DNA from: Rhizophagus irregularis
Lineage: Eukaryota
Direction of reading: 5' to 3'
DNA: 64,000 nucleotides
Assembly: GCF_026210795.1 (NCBI RefSeq)
Contig: NC_089433.1
Span: 4,154,001-4,218,000, forward strand
Part shown: one piece after another, positions 23,840 through 38,956 of the stretch
Layout of the letters: every line of letters starts with the position of its first letter
Numbering within the stretch: position 1 is the stretch's first letter
Position numbers and translations under genes: made by a program
The notes under the pieces: model-generated
The model's input: the letters and a program-made list of their open reading frames with translations, nothing else
The model's database searches: none
Told to the model about the DNA's origin: nothing

Positions 23840-25767
23840 ATGTCGACGAAAAACAAATTTACCGGTGTCCTTATATTTGGTGCCGCTTTTACGATTCGGT
23901 TAATTCTTTTTCAATCTTCAAGTATAACAGAAACTTTAGGAAGTCGAGTAGAAATTGTAACCCCCGTAACGAGTTTTACTCGACGTATGTATTTTTCGTA
24001 TTTATTTATTTATTTATTTGAAATTAATTAATTAATTATTTATTTATTTTATTAATAGTTACTGAAGGACTTTATTTATTTGAAAATGGGGTTCCGCCAT
24101 ATGATGGTGGTGCCTTTCATCAAGTATGTCATCGTTGTTTTGTTAATTTTTATAAGAAAGATTTACAAAATTTAAAATTAACTTAATTTTTATTTAAGGC
24201 TCCATTATTACTTGCATTTTTCCAATTACTTGGTTATTTACCAGTTATTTTTACAAAATTAACGTTTGTATTGATGGATCTCATTTTAGCTTATTGTTTG
24301 ATGAATATCGCTGGAATAAAACAACAACTTTATTATAATTTTCCTAAACTTGAGATTGAATTAAAAGATAATGTACCGAAAGAAATTGATCCATGGGTTG
24401 TTACTGGATTGTATCCTGAAAAAATATTATATATATTTATGATTTATTTAAAAATGATATTATTATCCTTTCATTTAAAAAAAATTATTTTCTAGTTATT
24501 TATTTAATCCATTGACAATCGCATCATGCCTTTCAAAATCTACGATTATATTTACTAATTTATCGATAATTCTTGGAATTTATTATTCGCTCAAACGTTT
24601 GTAAATAATTAATATATTATATATCATTCGTTCAAACCCTATTTTAACGAATTTTATTTGATTTTATAGATAATAAGAGTTATGGAATGTTTTGGATCGC
24701 AATGGCAACATATTTGAGCTTTTATCCATTTATGTTGTTTTTACCTTTAATACTAATTTTCACAAATAACGTTGAATCAAGTGGGAAAATTATTAAAGTA
24801 TGAATTGTTGTAATATCAACAATGAAATATTTATTTTACTTTATTTTTATTTACTCATTATTTATTTTTATTTTACAGAGCGAAATTATTGGATGTGTTG
24901 GATTATTTGTTGTATGGTTAAGTGGATTATTAATATTTTCATATTTTCTAGTTGGTTCTTGGGACTTTTTAGGTGCTACGTATGGCGTCATGTAAGAACT
25001 TTTTTTGATAATTTCTTCCGTTATTAATTGAATATTTACTAACTCGTGTCAAAAAAAAATTTTTTTATTTTTTTGAAGACTCTTATTGCCAGATTTAACG
25101 CCAAATATTGGATTATTTTGGTATTTTTTTATCGAAATGTTTGATCAATTTAGAAGTTTCTTTTTGGTGGTTTTTCAATTACACGCGTTCGTATTTATGG
25201 TACCAGTTTCAACAAAATTTAGGTAAGTTATAATTATTATATTAAATATTTTTTATTATAATTATACTAAATCATTTTTTTTTAGAAAACATCCGTTATT
25301 TTCAATTTTTATATTGAGCGGGATAATGGCAATATTTAAATCATATCCATCAATTGGAGATGCTTCTCTTTATTTGGCATTTCTTCCAATTTATTCGGAA
25401 ATAATAAAATGTAATTATTGATTTATTTCTTGTTTTATTCATATGATGAATAGTAGAATTTTAATTCTACAGTCACTTTAAATTAATACTTAACATCCAA
25501 TGTTTCTCCCTTTTCTTTTTTTTTTTAGATATGCGATATAATTTTTTAACAACTAATATATTTTGTTACTGTTCAATATTATCACCAATATTTTATCATT
25601 TATGGATATACGCAGGTAGCGGGAACGCTAATTTTTTTTACGCTATCACTTTAGTTTATACTATTGGTAATATCATTTTATTAGTTGATGCTACCTTTGC
25701 TATGTTTAGAAGGGAATTTGATATTTGGAATCCTGATCTTAAAAATTATGAAATTATTCAAAAATAA
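23840..25767 (+). CDS. GAB1: GPI transamidase subunit PIG-U/Gab1 (multi-exon)
   Basis: [20 protein letters not shown]...[80 protein letters not shown] introns; exon 1 is 23840-23984 and exon 2 starts at 24059. Confidence 0.95.
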
Positions 25768-26239
25768 AAATAGTAATAAAAAAAAAAGAAAGTAAAAAAA
25801 TTTAACGTAAATGAATCATAGATAGATTATTGTAAAAAAAAAATAACGCAAAAAACGTGAATCACGTATTTGAATTTTATAGATTATTGTAAAAAAAAAA
25901 ATGTAATTTTATATTTAATAAAATGATTTTGACTTTGTTCATTATAATTTTTTTTTTTAAAAAACAACGGAATTTGTAGTAATATCACGTAAATAAATTA
26001 AAAGCATCACAGTAACTTGTGTATAACAATATAACATAAATACAGTATATAGATGCTGTTGAAATTCTTGAATTACGGCAGTAATTACGGTGTCGGAGTT
26101 ACGGTATATGCCGAAATTATTCAAAATGCCATGACCGTAAAAAAAATTACAGCATTGCAGCATTACGGAATAAGCTTAATCAAATTTCGCAGATGTGCGT
26201 ACCGTACCCGTGACGACACCTATAGCATTAAATACAGTA

Positions 26240-26437
26240 CCGTATAACGGGGCCGCAGTACCCCGCGTATGATGTAGATTTATTAGTAGATATGTATAAA
26301 ACTTATTTAATAATTGGGTATTTATCATGCGTAATACCTAGGTATTTATTAAATTATTTTAAATAATAAAATCGGTAGAAAATGGGAGTTGTATATAGAG
26401 TACTGTACGGGGGGGTACTGTGGCCCGCAAAATACGG
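26240..26437. mobile_element. Tc1/mariner-like MITE
   Basis: TA|CCGTATAACGGGGCCGCAGTACCCCGCGTA ... TACGGGGGGGTACTGTGGCCCGCAAAATACGG|TA. Absent from the old duplicate of this region near 62140. Confidence 0.8.
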
Positions 26438-28309
26438 TATATTGAATTTTTTGATGATCGTACTCGTTAGTATTTTCTGTATTGTTCAGGGCAAAAGGGT
26501 AATAATTACTGTATCACCTCGATAACGAAAATATGGAATTATAAATATTGAAATACGTTCCTAATAGAAATAAAAAAAAAGATACAATCACGTGACTTTG
26601 GGCCTAACATCACTCCGGGTTGAATATGCATATATCACGTGAATGCTACTTTTTTCATTGCGAAAATAATTGATAATATCGAGCAATAACATGATGCATT
26701 GATGCAATATCATACAATACTTTCTCAAAATTTTGTTTAATAACAAAATATAGTTAAAAATCAATTTTTTTCCATTTAGGGCTTAATGATAATATATATA
26801 TTTTTTCATTGTAAACAAATAAAAACGGAAAAAAATATATAAATACTAAAAAAGTCATTTCCATTTGGTTTTTTCACATTATAGATGGTTAAAATGTAGA
26901 TGAAAAATCTATTAATTTGGAAAAATTAGGTGAAAAAGAAGAAGAGTTCTAGGTTAAAAGATCTCCATGAGCTATCTTAGTAGGGACAATTAAATACGCT
27001 CCTTTTTTAATTGACCAAGGTACGGAAGAAATGAAAATATTTGACTAATTTCAAATAATTATAGAACAATTCCATATTTTACATCTTAAAGCAATAACAC
27101 TAAGAACTTTTGAGATGAAATAACTCCATCATAGATGACTCCTAGATGGCTTTATTTAAATAATTAACTATCCTGTTCTTCACGTTGTTCTGAATTCCTT
27201 TATTAATAGTCCCATTAATAATATTATTAATAACTATATTCATGGTAGGAATTTGATTAACTTTAGTATTAAAAAATTGGTTTATGGTTGAGCTATATAT
27301 TTATAAATGTCATAAAAAAGTTCATATTTTGATAATTATTTTCAGTAAAATATAAATAAAAATTAAAAAAATTCTCCCTTTTTATGAAATACTAAGTGTA
27401 TTTTATTTTTCCTTAAAAACAAAAAGTTTTTTTTATTCAACTGATTCTCCTATATCATAAAATTCTATTATTAACATATGTATTAATAAATAGATCAAAC
27501 ATGATATATTAAATAGTTATACAAAAACTCATAGTATGATGGTGAAAAAATGTGCTAATTAATTTATATCCAGCATTAACCCATATAAGATTATTATGTG
27601 TCATTATTTTTGAATTCAAGAAAGATTTTTACTTAATTTAAAATTTTGAAGCCAATAAAATTTTAATTACTTAATGACTTTAATGTTATCGGCTCTTGAA
27701 AATGGAAAAATGGAGAAAAATTTTCTTAACAAAAATCATAATTTTGCTTGATTTTAAATATCTGACACAGTATAGTTTTTAACGAAAAATTAGAAATGTA
27801 AATAAGATTAAATTTTAAAGCGGTATAAGTCCAATAATCCATTAGTCCACTAGTCCATCACTGTAATATCAGTCCGATTACAGGACACTGCGTTACGATG
27901 GAAAAAGTTCAAAATGGAGTGACTCAAATCGGTTTTGGAGCAGAACGTTGGAACCATTTTCGAGCCCTCAAGTGGAACGAACGATTCCATGAGAGTAGAC
28001 TACGGAAATCGACTCTGAAAGTCAAGTTGATTTTTTTTATTCCCTATCACTCGTATATATATTTCTTGCTTCTTATGCTAATTTGCTTCTCTTTCAATTG
28101 CTCATTTGGCGAGCTTTTATCAAAGTTTTTCAACATAAATTCTCGTCCATTTTACTTTTTCTAACTCCCCGATACTAATCTTGAGCTCTGTTTAATGTTA
28201 TGTAGCAAATGTTATGTAACACGCAAAAAATAAATACAAAACAAGAGACTTTTGCCCATGATACATAACGTCTATGCCAATGTAGCCTTTCGGCTGCTGA
28301 TTATTCTTT

Positions 28310-29016
28310 AATATATAATTTTGTCCTTACCCTCTTACAATATCTGGAGAACCAAGACTTCTACCATATTCTTCAACAAACCAACGATTACCTCCATAAC
28401 TTCGATGAAGTTATACATCATCTTTCATTATTTCCTTGGTAAACACTATGTAATAGTCGGCTTTCGAGCAATAAATCCCTTTCAGTGCATACATGAGGAA
28501 GTATTAGTCTGAGGCTGAAATAGAGAAAGTACGAGCTAGTAACGCCTACATCCCTCATTTGCTAATAAAAAGAATATTTTACCTATGGTAGGTAGTCGAA
28601 CCCATCATGGCCACAGATGCCTTCCTTTTCCTCATGATCGTATGGTAAGAGCTCTTGAACTGCAGCACGCTCTACATTAAACCCGCCGCTGAATCCTTTT
28701 GTTTATTCTTGGTCATGGTATCAACCCACAACTTCGAACTGAAGATCTATGGTAATTCCTTTCACGGTGATTCTTATTGGGCCCTCAACTTTTTCTCTTT
28801 ACTTTCCTTAGCAAAATCCACAAGCTTTAAAGCAGGTCCATCCTTAATACATAATTTCTGAGCTTCTGCTCGGGCATCTTGAGGAAAGCATGACTGTCAA
28901 TCTTTTTTGCGAATAATACTTAAGTCGTTATCGTCAATGTTCAAGTCTTATTCCTTACAAAAAAGTCATTTCCAGCAGTAGTAGAAGTAGAGGCAGGTGT
29001 ATTTATTTTAGGCATA
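28310..29016 (-). pseudogene. Decayed SAM-like N-terminus plus Crinkler-like C-terminal domain gene
   Basis: Broken translation gives DLNIDDNDLSIIRK...FLKM.EQKL...GPALKLVDFAKE, the same module as 48981. It is followed by LQFEVVG, FDYL and EVMEVIVGLLK remnants with many frameshifts. Confidence 0.65.
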
Positions 29017-29869
29017 GTGCTTTTATAGGTAGTTTAGCTCGGATAAAAAATTGTGTTGCGCTTGGGAATGAAATTTTATGTCGTACAGATAAGTGGATTT
29101 TGCATCATTGAACAAGATATCTTTTAAATGTTCAAATACTATAATTCATCTCTAAAAAATATTATATTGAGATTACCTTTCAATGTATTGATAGGTTTTT
29201 CTGCGGATTGTTGGGATAAGATAATAGCATCAGCCAGTATCTAAAAAGGTAGACGTGGTAAATTAGATATTAATCAAAAAATCAAGACTTATTGTGCTCC
29301 GATATGATATCGATTTAAGATTTCAAAGTACTTTGATTAATGAAATATATTACACTATATTACACTCGAGAATATGATGGAGAATATTGTGATGATCCTG
29401 ATATGAAGCAATAATATTTAAATAGAATTTATCACAAAAGGAAAAACCTACACGATTATTTGACCTTTTTATATATATTTCGGGTTCTACTTGCTCCCGA
29501 AAAGAGATGCTTAGAGTTAAATGAGTTTGCGAAAACTTTATTACGAAGTCGGAATTATGATAATTTTGGTCAGTATCCAAAAAAGGTAATAGCTTTCCAC
29601 AAGGAATTATCTGTAAAGGAAAGATTTTCATGATTTTTTAGCTGGTTATAATTCTGTCAAGAAAATTATTTCCTTTTCTAGGTACTGGCCCAGGTCCCTG
29701 AAATATAAATAAAAGGAAAGATATACGTGAACTCATTCTAACAATCACTTTCAGCGATTGACGTAATGATGCATGTTGCAGCTTAAAATTGATGCACGGA
29801 TCTCATGTGTAACGTCACTCATGCGACATATAAATACACAAGTTTTAAACTCCAAAAGCATTTTAGAAA

Positions 29870-32800
29870 ATGGCAAGCAGTTCCAATAAAAAAAATATTG
29901 ATACAGACAAATTTATTCAATGGGTCGAGGGTGGCGTTGCTGAAGATTATATCAATTGTCATGTTTATAGCGAATTTAAAGATATTAGATTTATAGGTCA
30001 TGGAGCATTTGGTAAAGTATATAAAGCTACTTGGAAAAATTCAAATACTATTGTCGCATTAAAATCTTTTGAGAGAAATAATCTTATTATAAAAGAAATT
30101 GTCAATGAGGTACTGTCGTAATGTTTGTTAGCAGTTACTAGCTAGTAATACTGATTTATCAAATTTCTATGTATAGATAAAATTATTGCATAAAGTTAAT
30201 CTTCATGTAAATATTATTCGGTTTTTTGGTATCGCTAAAAGAGAAAGTAAGTACTAATTATACAAATTTAATTGAAAGATCAAATATAATGATTTAAATT
30301 AATTTATCCATTTTTTATTTAGACAATGAAGATAATATAGATCCAACTTCAAATTATTTGCTTATCCTTGAGTATGCAGATAGTGGTACATTAGGAAATT
30401 ATTTGAAAGATAATTTCAGTAAATTAGATTGGAACGTAAAATTGCAATTTGCAATTCAAATTGCTGATGCAGTCTCATGTATACATCAAAACAATATCGT
30501 TCATTGTGACTTAGTAAGTATTCTATGAACTTCTGATTTTTATTTTTAAATATAAATATACTAATTTAATGTTGCTTTATTAATAAATAGCATTCAGATA
30601 ATATATTAATTCATCAGAATATAGTAAAATTAGCAGACTTTGGACTTTCACGTAAATTAGCTGAAGTATCAACTCAAAATCATATATATGGAAAAATAGC
30701 TTATATTGATCCACAACATTTTCAAGAACAAATAGATAAAAATAATAAAGTTGGTTATCACTATAAACCAAATGAGAAATCAGACGTGTATAGTGTTGGT
30801 GTACTTCTATGGGAGATATCATCTGGGGAAAAACCATTTAAATCATATAATTGTTTTTATCACCAACCAAAATTAATGTTGGAAATTTCAGAGGGAAAAA
30901 GAGAGACACCCATTCCTAATACGCCAAATGATTACATTAACATTTATACAAGTATATTATAAAATATTTGTTTTGATTTACTAATATTAATTTACTAATA
31001 TTTATTCTAACTTATTTTCACAATTTATTTTCTTTTTTAGAATGTTGGAAAAATAACCCAAGTGATCGACCAGATATGCAACAAGTATTGTCAAATCTAA
31101 AATTAGTTAATTTGAATATAATTGACACAAACACTTTATTAATCAATGAAAACGATACTATAATTGCTATTGAAAACAATAAGTCACTCGGTAATGATAA
31201 TATTACTAATAATCAATTAAATTTTAATAATGAAGCTAATGAGCAGATTAATAATATTGATTTAAATAATGAAAATATCATTAATGAGTTATTGTCACTA
31301 TATGAAAATGCTATTCAAAGAGGAATTAGTAAAGAAGATTTTATTCAACTAATTAAGCAACACATAATAATGAAAAATAAAAGCAAAAGAGAAATATTTA
31401 ACTATTTATTAGATAACATGAATAAGCTACAAAATATTTTTCTATTAGCAATTTTTTATCATTATGGAATCATAACTAGTGCAAATGAAATTAAAGCATT
31501 TGAATTATATAAAGAAGCTACTGAAAAAGGTCATAATAATTCTATGAATTATCTTGGAAATTGTTATAAACATGGGATAGGAACTGAAAAAAATGAAATT
31601 AAAGCATTCGAATTATACAATGAAGCAGTTGAAAAGGGTCAAGTTAATGCAATAAGTAACTTAGGATATTGCTATCAATATGGAATAGGAATTGAAAAAA
31701 ATGAAATTAAAGCATTTAAATTATATAATGAAGCAGCTGAAAAAGAATATATTGATTCAATTAATAATCTTGGATATTGCTATCAACATGGAATAGGGAC
31801 TAAAAAAAATGAGGTTAAAGCATTTGAGTTATATAATGAAGCAGCTGAAAAAGAATATATTGATTCAATTAATAATCTTGGATATTGTAATCAATATGGA
31901 ATAGGAACTGAAAAAAATGAAATTAAAGCATTTGAGTTATATAATGAAGCAGTTAAAAAAGGGCATGTTATTTCAATATATCAACTTGGAAAATGTTATC
32001 AACATGGGATAGGAACTGAAAAAAATGAAATTAAAGCATTTAAATTATATAATGAAGCAGCTGAAAAAGAATATATTGACTCAATTAATAACCTTGGATA
32101 TTGTTATCAACATGGAATAGGAACTGAAAGAAATGAGGTTAAAGCATTTGAGTTATATAATAAAGCAGCTGAAAAAGAATATATTGATTCAATTCATAAT
32201 CTTGGATATTGTTATCAACATGGAATAGGAACAGAAAAAAATGAAATTAAAGCATTTGGATTATATAAAAAAGCTGTTGAGAATGATTATATTGATGCAA
32301 TATATAATCTTGCAGAATGTTATTATTATGGAATAGGAACTGAAAAAAATGAAAATGAAGCATTTGAATTATATAAAAAATCAGCTGAAAAAGGAGATAT
32401 TGGTGCAATATATAGACTTGTGGAATGTTATTGTTATGGAATAGGAACTGAGAAAAGTGATATTAAAGCATTTGAATTATATAAAAAGTTAGCTGAAAAA
32501 GGAGATATTGATGCAATATATAATCTTGCAGAATATTATTATTATGGAATAGGAACTGAAACAAATGAAATTAAGGCATTTGAATTATATAAGAATGCAG
32601 TTGAAAATAATCATATTGATTCAATGAAAGATCTTGGATATTGTTATCAACATGGAATAGGAACCAATAAAAATGATATTAAAGCATTTGAATTATATAA
32701 AAAAGCTGTTGAGAATAATCATGTTGGTTCAATGAATGATCTTGGATATTGTTATCAACATGGAATAGGAACTAAAAAAAACGAAATTAAAGCATTCGAA

Positions 32801-34576
32801 TTATATAAAAAAGCTGTTGAGAATAATCATATTGATTCAATGAATGATCTTGGATATTGTTATCAATATGGAATAGGAACTGAAAAAAACGAAATTAAAG
32901 CATTTGAATTATATAAAAAAGCTGTTAAAAATAATCATATTAATTCAATGAATGATCTTGGATTTTGTTATCAACATGGAATAGGAACTGAAAAAAATGA
33001 AATTAAAGCATTTGTATTATATAAAAAAGCTGTTGAAAATAATCATATTGATTCAATTAATAATCTTGGATATTGTTATCAACATGGAATAGGAACTGAA
33101 AAAAATGAAATTAAAGCATTTGGATTATATAAAGAAGCAGTTGAGAATGATTATATTGATGCAATATATAGACTTGCAGAATGTTATTGTTATGGAATAG
33201 GAACTGAAAAAAATGAAAATGAAGCATTTGGATTATATAAAAAGTTAGCTGAAAAAGGAGATATTGATGCAATATATAATCTTGCAGAATATTATTATTA
33301 TGGAATAGGAACTGAAACAAATGAAATTAAGGCATTTGAATTATATAAGAATGCAGTTGAAAATAATCATATTGATTCAATGAAAGATCTTGGATATTGT
33401 TATCAACATGGAATAGGAACCAATAAAAATGATATTAAAGCATTTGAATTATATAAAAAATCAGCTGAAAAGGGAGATATTGATGCAATATATAGACTTG
33501 TAGAATGTTATTGCTATGGAATAGGAACTGAAAAATGTGATATTAAAGCATTTGAATTATATAAAAAGTTAGCTGAAAAAGGAGATATTGATGCAATATA
33601 TAATCTTGCAGAATATTATTATTATGGAATAGGAACTGAAAAAAATGAAATTAAAGCATTTGAATTATATAAGAATGCAGTTGAAAATAATTATATTGAT
33701 TCAATGAAAGATCTTGGACACTGTTATCAACATGGAATAGGAACTGAAAAAAATGAGATTAAAGCATTTGAATTATATAAAAAAGCTGTTGAGAATAATC
33801 ATATCGATTCAATGAATGATCTTGGATATTGTTATCAACATGGAATAGGAACTGAAAAAAATGAAATTAAAGCATTTGAATTATATAAAGAAGCTTCTAA
33901 TAAAGGTTATATTACTTCAATGAATGATCTTGGATATTGTTATCAACATGGAATAGGAACTGAAAAGAATGAAATTAAAGCATTTGAATTATATAAAAAA
34001 GCTGCTGAGAAAGATCATATTATTTCAATGAGTAATCTTGGATATTGTTATCAACATGGAATAGGAACTATAAAGAATGAAATTATAGCATTTAAATTAT
34101 TTAAAAAAGCAGCTGCAAAAGGTCATATTGATTCCATATATCAACTTGGGGAATGTTATTATTATGGTGTAGGAACTGAAAAAAGTAAAATTAAAGCATT
34201 TGAATTATATCAAGAAGTTGCTGAAAAAGGTCATATTGATTCAATTAATGATCTTGGATATTGTTATCAACATGGAATAGGAACTGAAATAAACAAAATT
34301 AAAGCATTTAAATTATATAAATTAGCTGCTAGTAAAGGCCATATTGACTCAATGAATAATCTTGGAGAATGCCATCAATATGGAATAGGAACTGAAAAAA
34401 ATGAAATCAAAGCATTTGAATTATATAATGAATCTGCTGATAAAGGTCACATTTACTCAATATATAATCTTGGATATTGTTATGAAAATGGAATAGGAAC
34501 TGCAAAGGATGAGGTTAAAGCATTTGAATTATATGGGGAATATGAAAGTAAATTATTATTACCTATAAAACATTAA
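29870..34576 (+). CDS. Tyrosine-kinase-like non-RD protein kinase fused to about 29 Sel1-like repeats (~1465 aa)
   Basis: Exons 29870-30109, 30177-30246, 30323-30513, 30591-30951 and 31041-34576 splice in frame. Motifs GHGAFGKV, VALK, HCDLHSDN, DFG, YIDP, SDVYSVG, CW...P..RP, followed by 108-nt repeats. Confidence 0.92.
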
Positions 34577-34599
34577 TAATACAGTCAGCCCTCTATAAT

Positions 34600-35788
34600 T
34601 GCACACTATGTTGACTTTTAATTGAATTTTTTGAATTATATTGTCAATTTTTTCACTTCACATGTCCAGTTTGTAAAATTGATTTTCAAATCAATTTTTA
34701 ATTGTATTTTTTGAATAAACTTGTCAATTTCTTTATTTCCACTAGTCCAGTTTACAAAATTATTTTTTAAATCATTTGTTAAACATGTTTTACACCATTT
34801 ATCTCCTATATTAGTATATTGATCGCCACATTTTTCACAAAAATATCCGCTTGGGAAAACCATAATATAATCTTTTGTATATAAATTTCGAGATATCCCA
34901 TATATATTAATGTCACGTGAATAACAGTAATTTGTATATGCCCTAACCTATAAAATTTTATAATTTTTAAATATTATTATATAAAAAGTGATCAAATTTA
35001 TAAAAAAATTAAAAAAATTTCATACCACATTTACAAATCCATTAGTAATACTTTGTGAGTTATATAAACATTTTAAAGTAATTATTTCATTTCGATCTCT
35101 ATTATATAATGAACCATTCTTCCATATTGCTGAATATACTTTATCAAAATCTCTTTGTCCTATTTCTTTAATATAATTAAATTGATTGTATGGTATCCAA
35201 TTTATATATTCATAAGAATCCATTATTAATTGAATTTCTTTAATTCTATATTCGCTGATCCGGTTTGTAAAATTGTTTCCTAAATCTGGTACGCAAAATT
35301 CTTTTGTAATAATAGAAATAATAGATTGATCATCCCATTTTTCATAATAATGTTCATTAAAGAAAACCATAAAATAATCCTTTGTATTTGGATTTTGAGA
35401 AATTCCATACAAAATATTATTAACATTACTATAACGACATTTAATTGAATATTCTTTAACCTATTAAAACGCAAAAATTAAAAGATTGATATTGAAAAAT
35501 ATAATATATATATGTACTATATATGTATATAAAATTCATTAAAAATTAAAAATTTCATACCTTATTTATAAATTCATTTGTAATATTTAAACATTTTAAG
35601 GTAACTGATTTATTTTGAATTTTACAATATTTGTAATCATAAGCATTCTTCCATATTGCTGAAAATACTTTATTTGGATAATCTCTTTCTCTCGTTTCTT
35701 TTATATTATCAAACTGATCGTATGGTATCCATACAAATATATCATAAGGAGTATCATGCTCAATTTTTTTTATTTCCATTGGTGTCAA
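34600..35788 (-). pseudogene. Truncated multi-module kinase gene (2-3 N-lobe modules, no C-lobe)
   Basis: Modules WIPY.QF..IKE...KV.SAIWK...TLKCL and YGISQNP..KDY, plus CEKC...WCKTC...NWTSGNKEID. It ends near a CAGTCAGCCCTC MITE-like end at about 34582, convergent with the Sel1 gene. Confidence 0.75.
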
Positions 35789-37485
35789 TAAATTTTGAAG
35801 TATAATTTTTTTTTTTCAGTGAAAAGATCGAAAAGATCGCGACTTTATTCTGATTTGATCCCGTGTTTTTTTTTCGAATGTAATACTAGTGTAACGTATT
35901 CAACGTATTCATCACGGAAATATGATTGAAATTTTCAGGTTGATTTTGATATACTATATTAAGTAAATTTCATTTCAGATCTACATTTAAAAGTTATGTA
36001 CAACAATTATTTTTACTGTTACAGTACGATCAGACAATCAGTACATGTGCTAACTAAAAGAATAAAGAAAAAGAAAAAAGAAATTTAACGCCAAGATAAA
36101 TTGTGTAACTTCATTTGTCCAAATTACTTTCATTAATTAACTGAAAATCAATTTTAAAAATGTAATTATAAATTTCTTTTTAAGAATACGAATCGAGTTT
36201 AATAATGTGCACAGACGAATCAAAAAAATTTAGATGCATATTACAATTATAATTATTACATGTATTTTTTTTTTTTTTTTTAGTAAGGATTATATTAAAC
36301 TTATTATTATTTATCTCTTTCTTTTATCTTATTTAGAGAACAAAAATTTTTTATTATTCACACAAAATTGGGTAGAATTTATTATTATTATAAATTTAAG
36401 AGCGGGTAAAGCTTTTTTGAATAAAGGATTATAATACTATCATTAGATTTCATTGTTCATTAATCATCATGCGATTTTGAGGCCTATTCCCAATGTGAAT
36501 TATATAAATGTCCTATTAAGGAAGTAATTTTACAATTATGGCCCTTTCAATAATATCTCTATGTACCACAAAAATACGTGATTTTTTTTTTATTGGAACC
36601 GCAGCTCATAGCGCAATTAAGAAATACTAAATAACCTCTCGGATCAAAATTTTTCACTCAAAGAGGAGTGAAACAAAATGGGTGGCTTTATTGTGTAAAG
36701 TTATGAGTAAGCAATTTTTAAAATTATAAATGTTCCTATAACTTGATTGCCATGCTTATTATTAAAAGGATACCGATAACAAAATAAATGTGTAGCGAAA
36801 AAGTCATGAAAAAATTGATGATACACTTACTATATTAATTCAAATAATAAAATCAAAGCCGTATCAGTTAAGAAAAAACGTCAATTAAATATAATTTATC
36901 GAATCGAACTCCAACGTTAATATACATTCATTGACGAAATATTATTTAATAATTTTAGATCTTTAGAAAATTTTACGATTATGAACGTCATTATTTCCGT
37001 AAAAAGAAAAAATTTTTTTTTCTATTTATGATATTATAACGAAAAAAAGTATATGAAAAATTCCTAATATCTAATTTCATAAAACGATATCGTGTAATCT
37101 TTAATTGCAACAATTTCATAGATCAGTTTTTGATTTGATGCTACAGAATTTGGAAAATTCGTTACGATATTATTTATTAAAAAAAAGTTACAGTACATAT
37201 AACAATAATCATCTCAACGTTGATTTGCGCTTCAAAAATTTTGCGCATCGAGAATCTGGTCTTTTGTTGATATAATTAGCCAAAATTTTTATATACGCAG
37301 TAGAATATATTTATTTTAACTGATATTTAAATTTTTTTTATTAACGTTAATGTATAATTAATTAATAATATATAACAATACTTTTGGTGATAGGTAAAGT
37401 CTATATAATATATATAAAAATTTTTTTTTTTATCTATAGTAACTCTATTTTTACGGATTTAGTTATTAGTTTAATTTCACTATTT

Positions 37486-38956
37486 TTAATCATACAAGAA
37501 CTTTCCAATATATTTAATAGATCTTTCATATGCACCATCTCTACTTGTTGCTTTTCCTACAGCATAATCATGAAAATTAGTATCTTCTATAACCAATTCT
37601 GCTTTTACATTATTTTGGATCAATTTTCCAATAAAATTTTTAATATCATCCAACAATATTTCGTAACCTCCTGCACAAGCCCATACTTTTGGTAAACCTG
37701 AAAGTTGATGTTCAAATACGGGAGAAACCATTGAACAAGATGGAAGAAGATTTGAGTCGCCTATATATGCATCCATACAACGGTGTAACCAAGTAGGATC
37801 TAGACTATCATATGAAGCATTATCAATGACTGATTTGGTATTCAACATTCCCTAAAAAAATTAAAATTATAATTTAAAATATGAATTAAAATATAATGAA
37901 AACTAAATAATTTTAACGATTATACTTACAGAAAGAAAAGGTGATAATAAAACAATAGCTGCAGGTGGATCGATCGAATATAAATATGGGTTATTAACAA
38001 GGTAAATTGCACTAACTATAGCCAAATTTCCACCCGCACTATCACCAGCTAAATTTAATGTAAAAAAAAAAAAATTAAAATTTGTAATGATTTTTTTTTA
38101 AAAAAAATAATTTATTAAGATACGTTACCAAAAACAATTTTAGATGGATCAATATTCTTTTCCGTGACAAGCCATTGATAACACGCTAATATATTATCTC
38201 TTGCAGCCGGGAATGAATACTTTGGTGATAATCCTATCAAGTAAATTATGAATATTAAGTAAACTTATATTATAATTATTAATTTAATAAATCTTAAATT
38301 TAGCTTACTGTATTCTAAAGACAATATCTGTGTGTTAACGCCATGATTTAATTTCCATGTTTTAATCCAATCGATGAACATTTCCAAGGGTAATAAAGCA
38401 TCACCAAAAACAAAAGCTCCTCCTATTTTATTATAAAAGACGAAAGAATTAATGATAAACGTGACGCAGTGAATCAACACTACAGTATAAAGTAAATTTA
38501 CCATGAGCGTATAAAATAATCATATCAGCATCTTTTCCAATTTCTGAATGTTCAACATTTTCTGCAATTAAATAGCCTTCCCATTCATCTTTTTCGTTAC
38601 TCGCATCCAATTTTTTTACCCAACGCCTTCCTTTAACTCTACGGACGATCTTACTTAACATTCTAAGTATTATTTTTAACAGAAACGTTGGTAAATATAA
38701 TTCCAAAATTCTTGATGTAGTGGCCATTATACGTTGAGATAAGGTTGGTTGTATACGTTTATTATTATTAAAGAAGAAGGACTTGAAATGAGCAAAAATT
38801 TCTATTGGAATCTTGAATGCTACATTAAAAAGTTTTTAAAAAAAAAAAATTTAGTTTGGAATGTAACATCTTAAAAAAAAGAAACAAAATTATTTAATTT
38901 CTTCAATATTTACACAAGATCAAGGTACAACAAAACAAAGATATGATAGAATTCAT
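37486..38956 (-). CDS. Alpha/beta-hydrolase (GDXG/HSL-like esterase-lipase), about 6 exons
   Basis: ILYAHG|GAFVFG oxyanion motif, LSLEY|.LSPKYSFPAA, GDSAGGNLA nucleophile elbow, LLSPF, VSP, GGYEILLDD, FHDY. Confidence 0.9.

Noticed and set aside
33111..33320. Antisense ORF inside the Sel1 array (and similar shadow ORFs at 17612, 18164, 37384, 49103, 53795)
   Set aside because: These are shadows of real genes on the opposite strand or in another frame.
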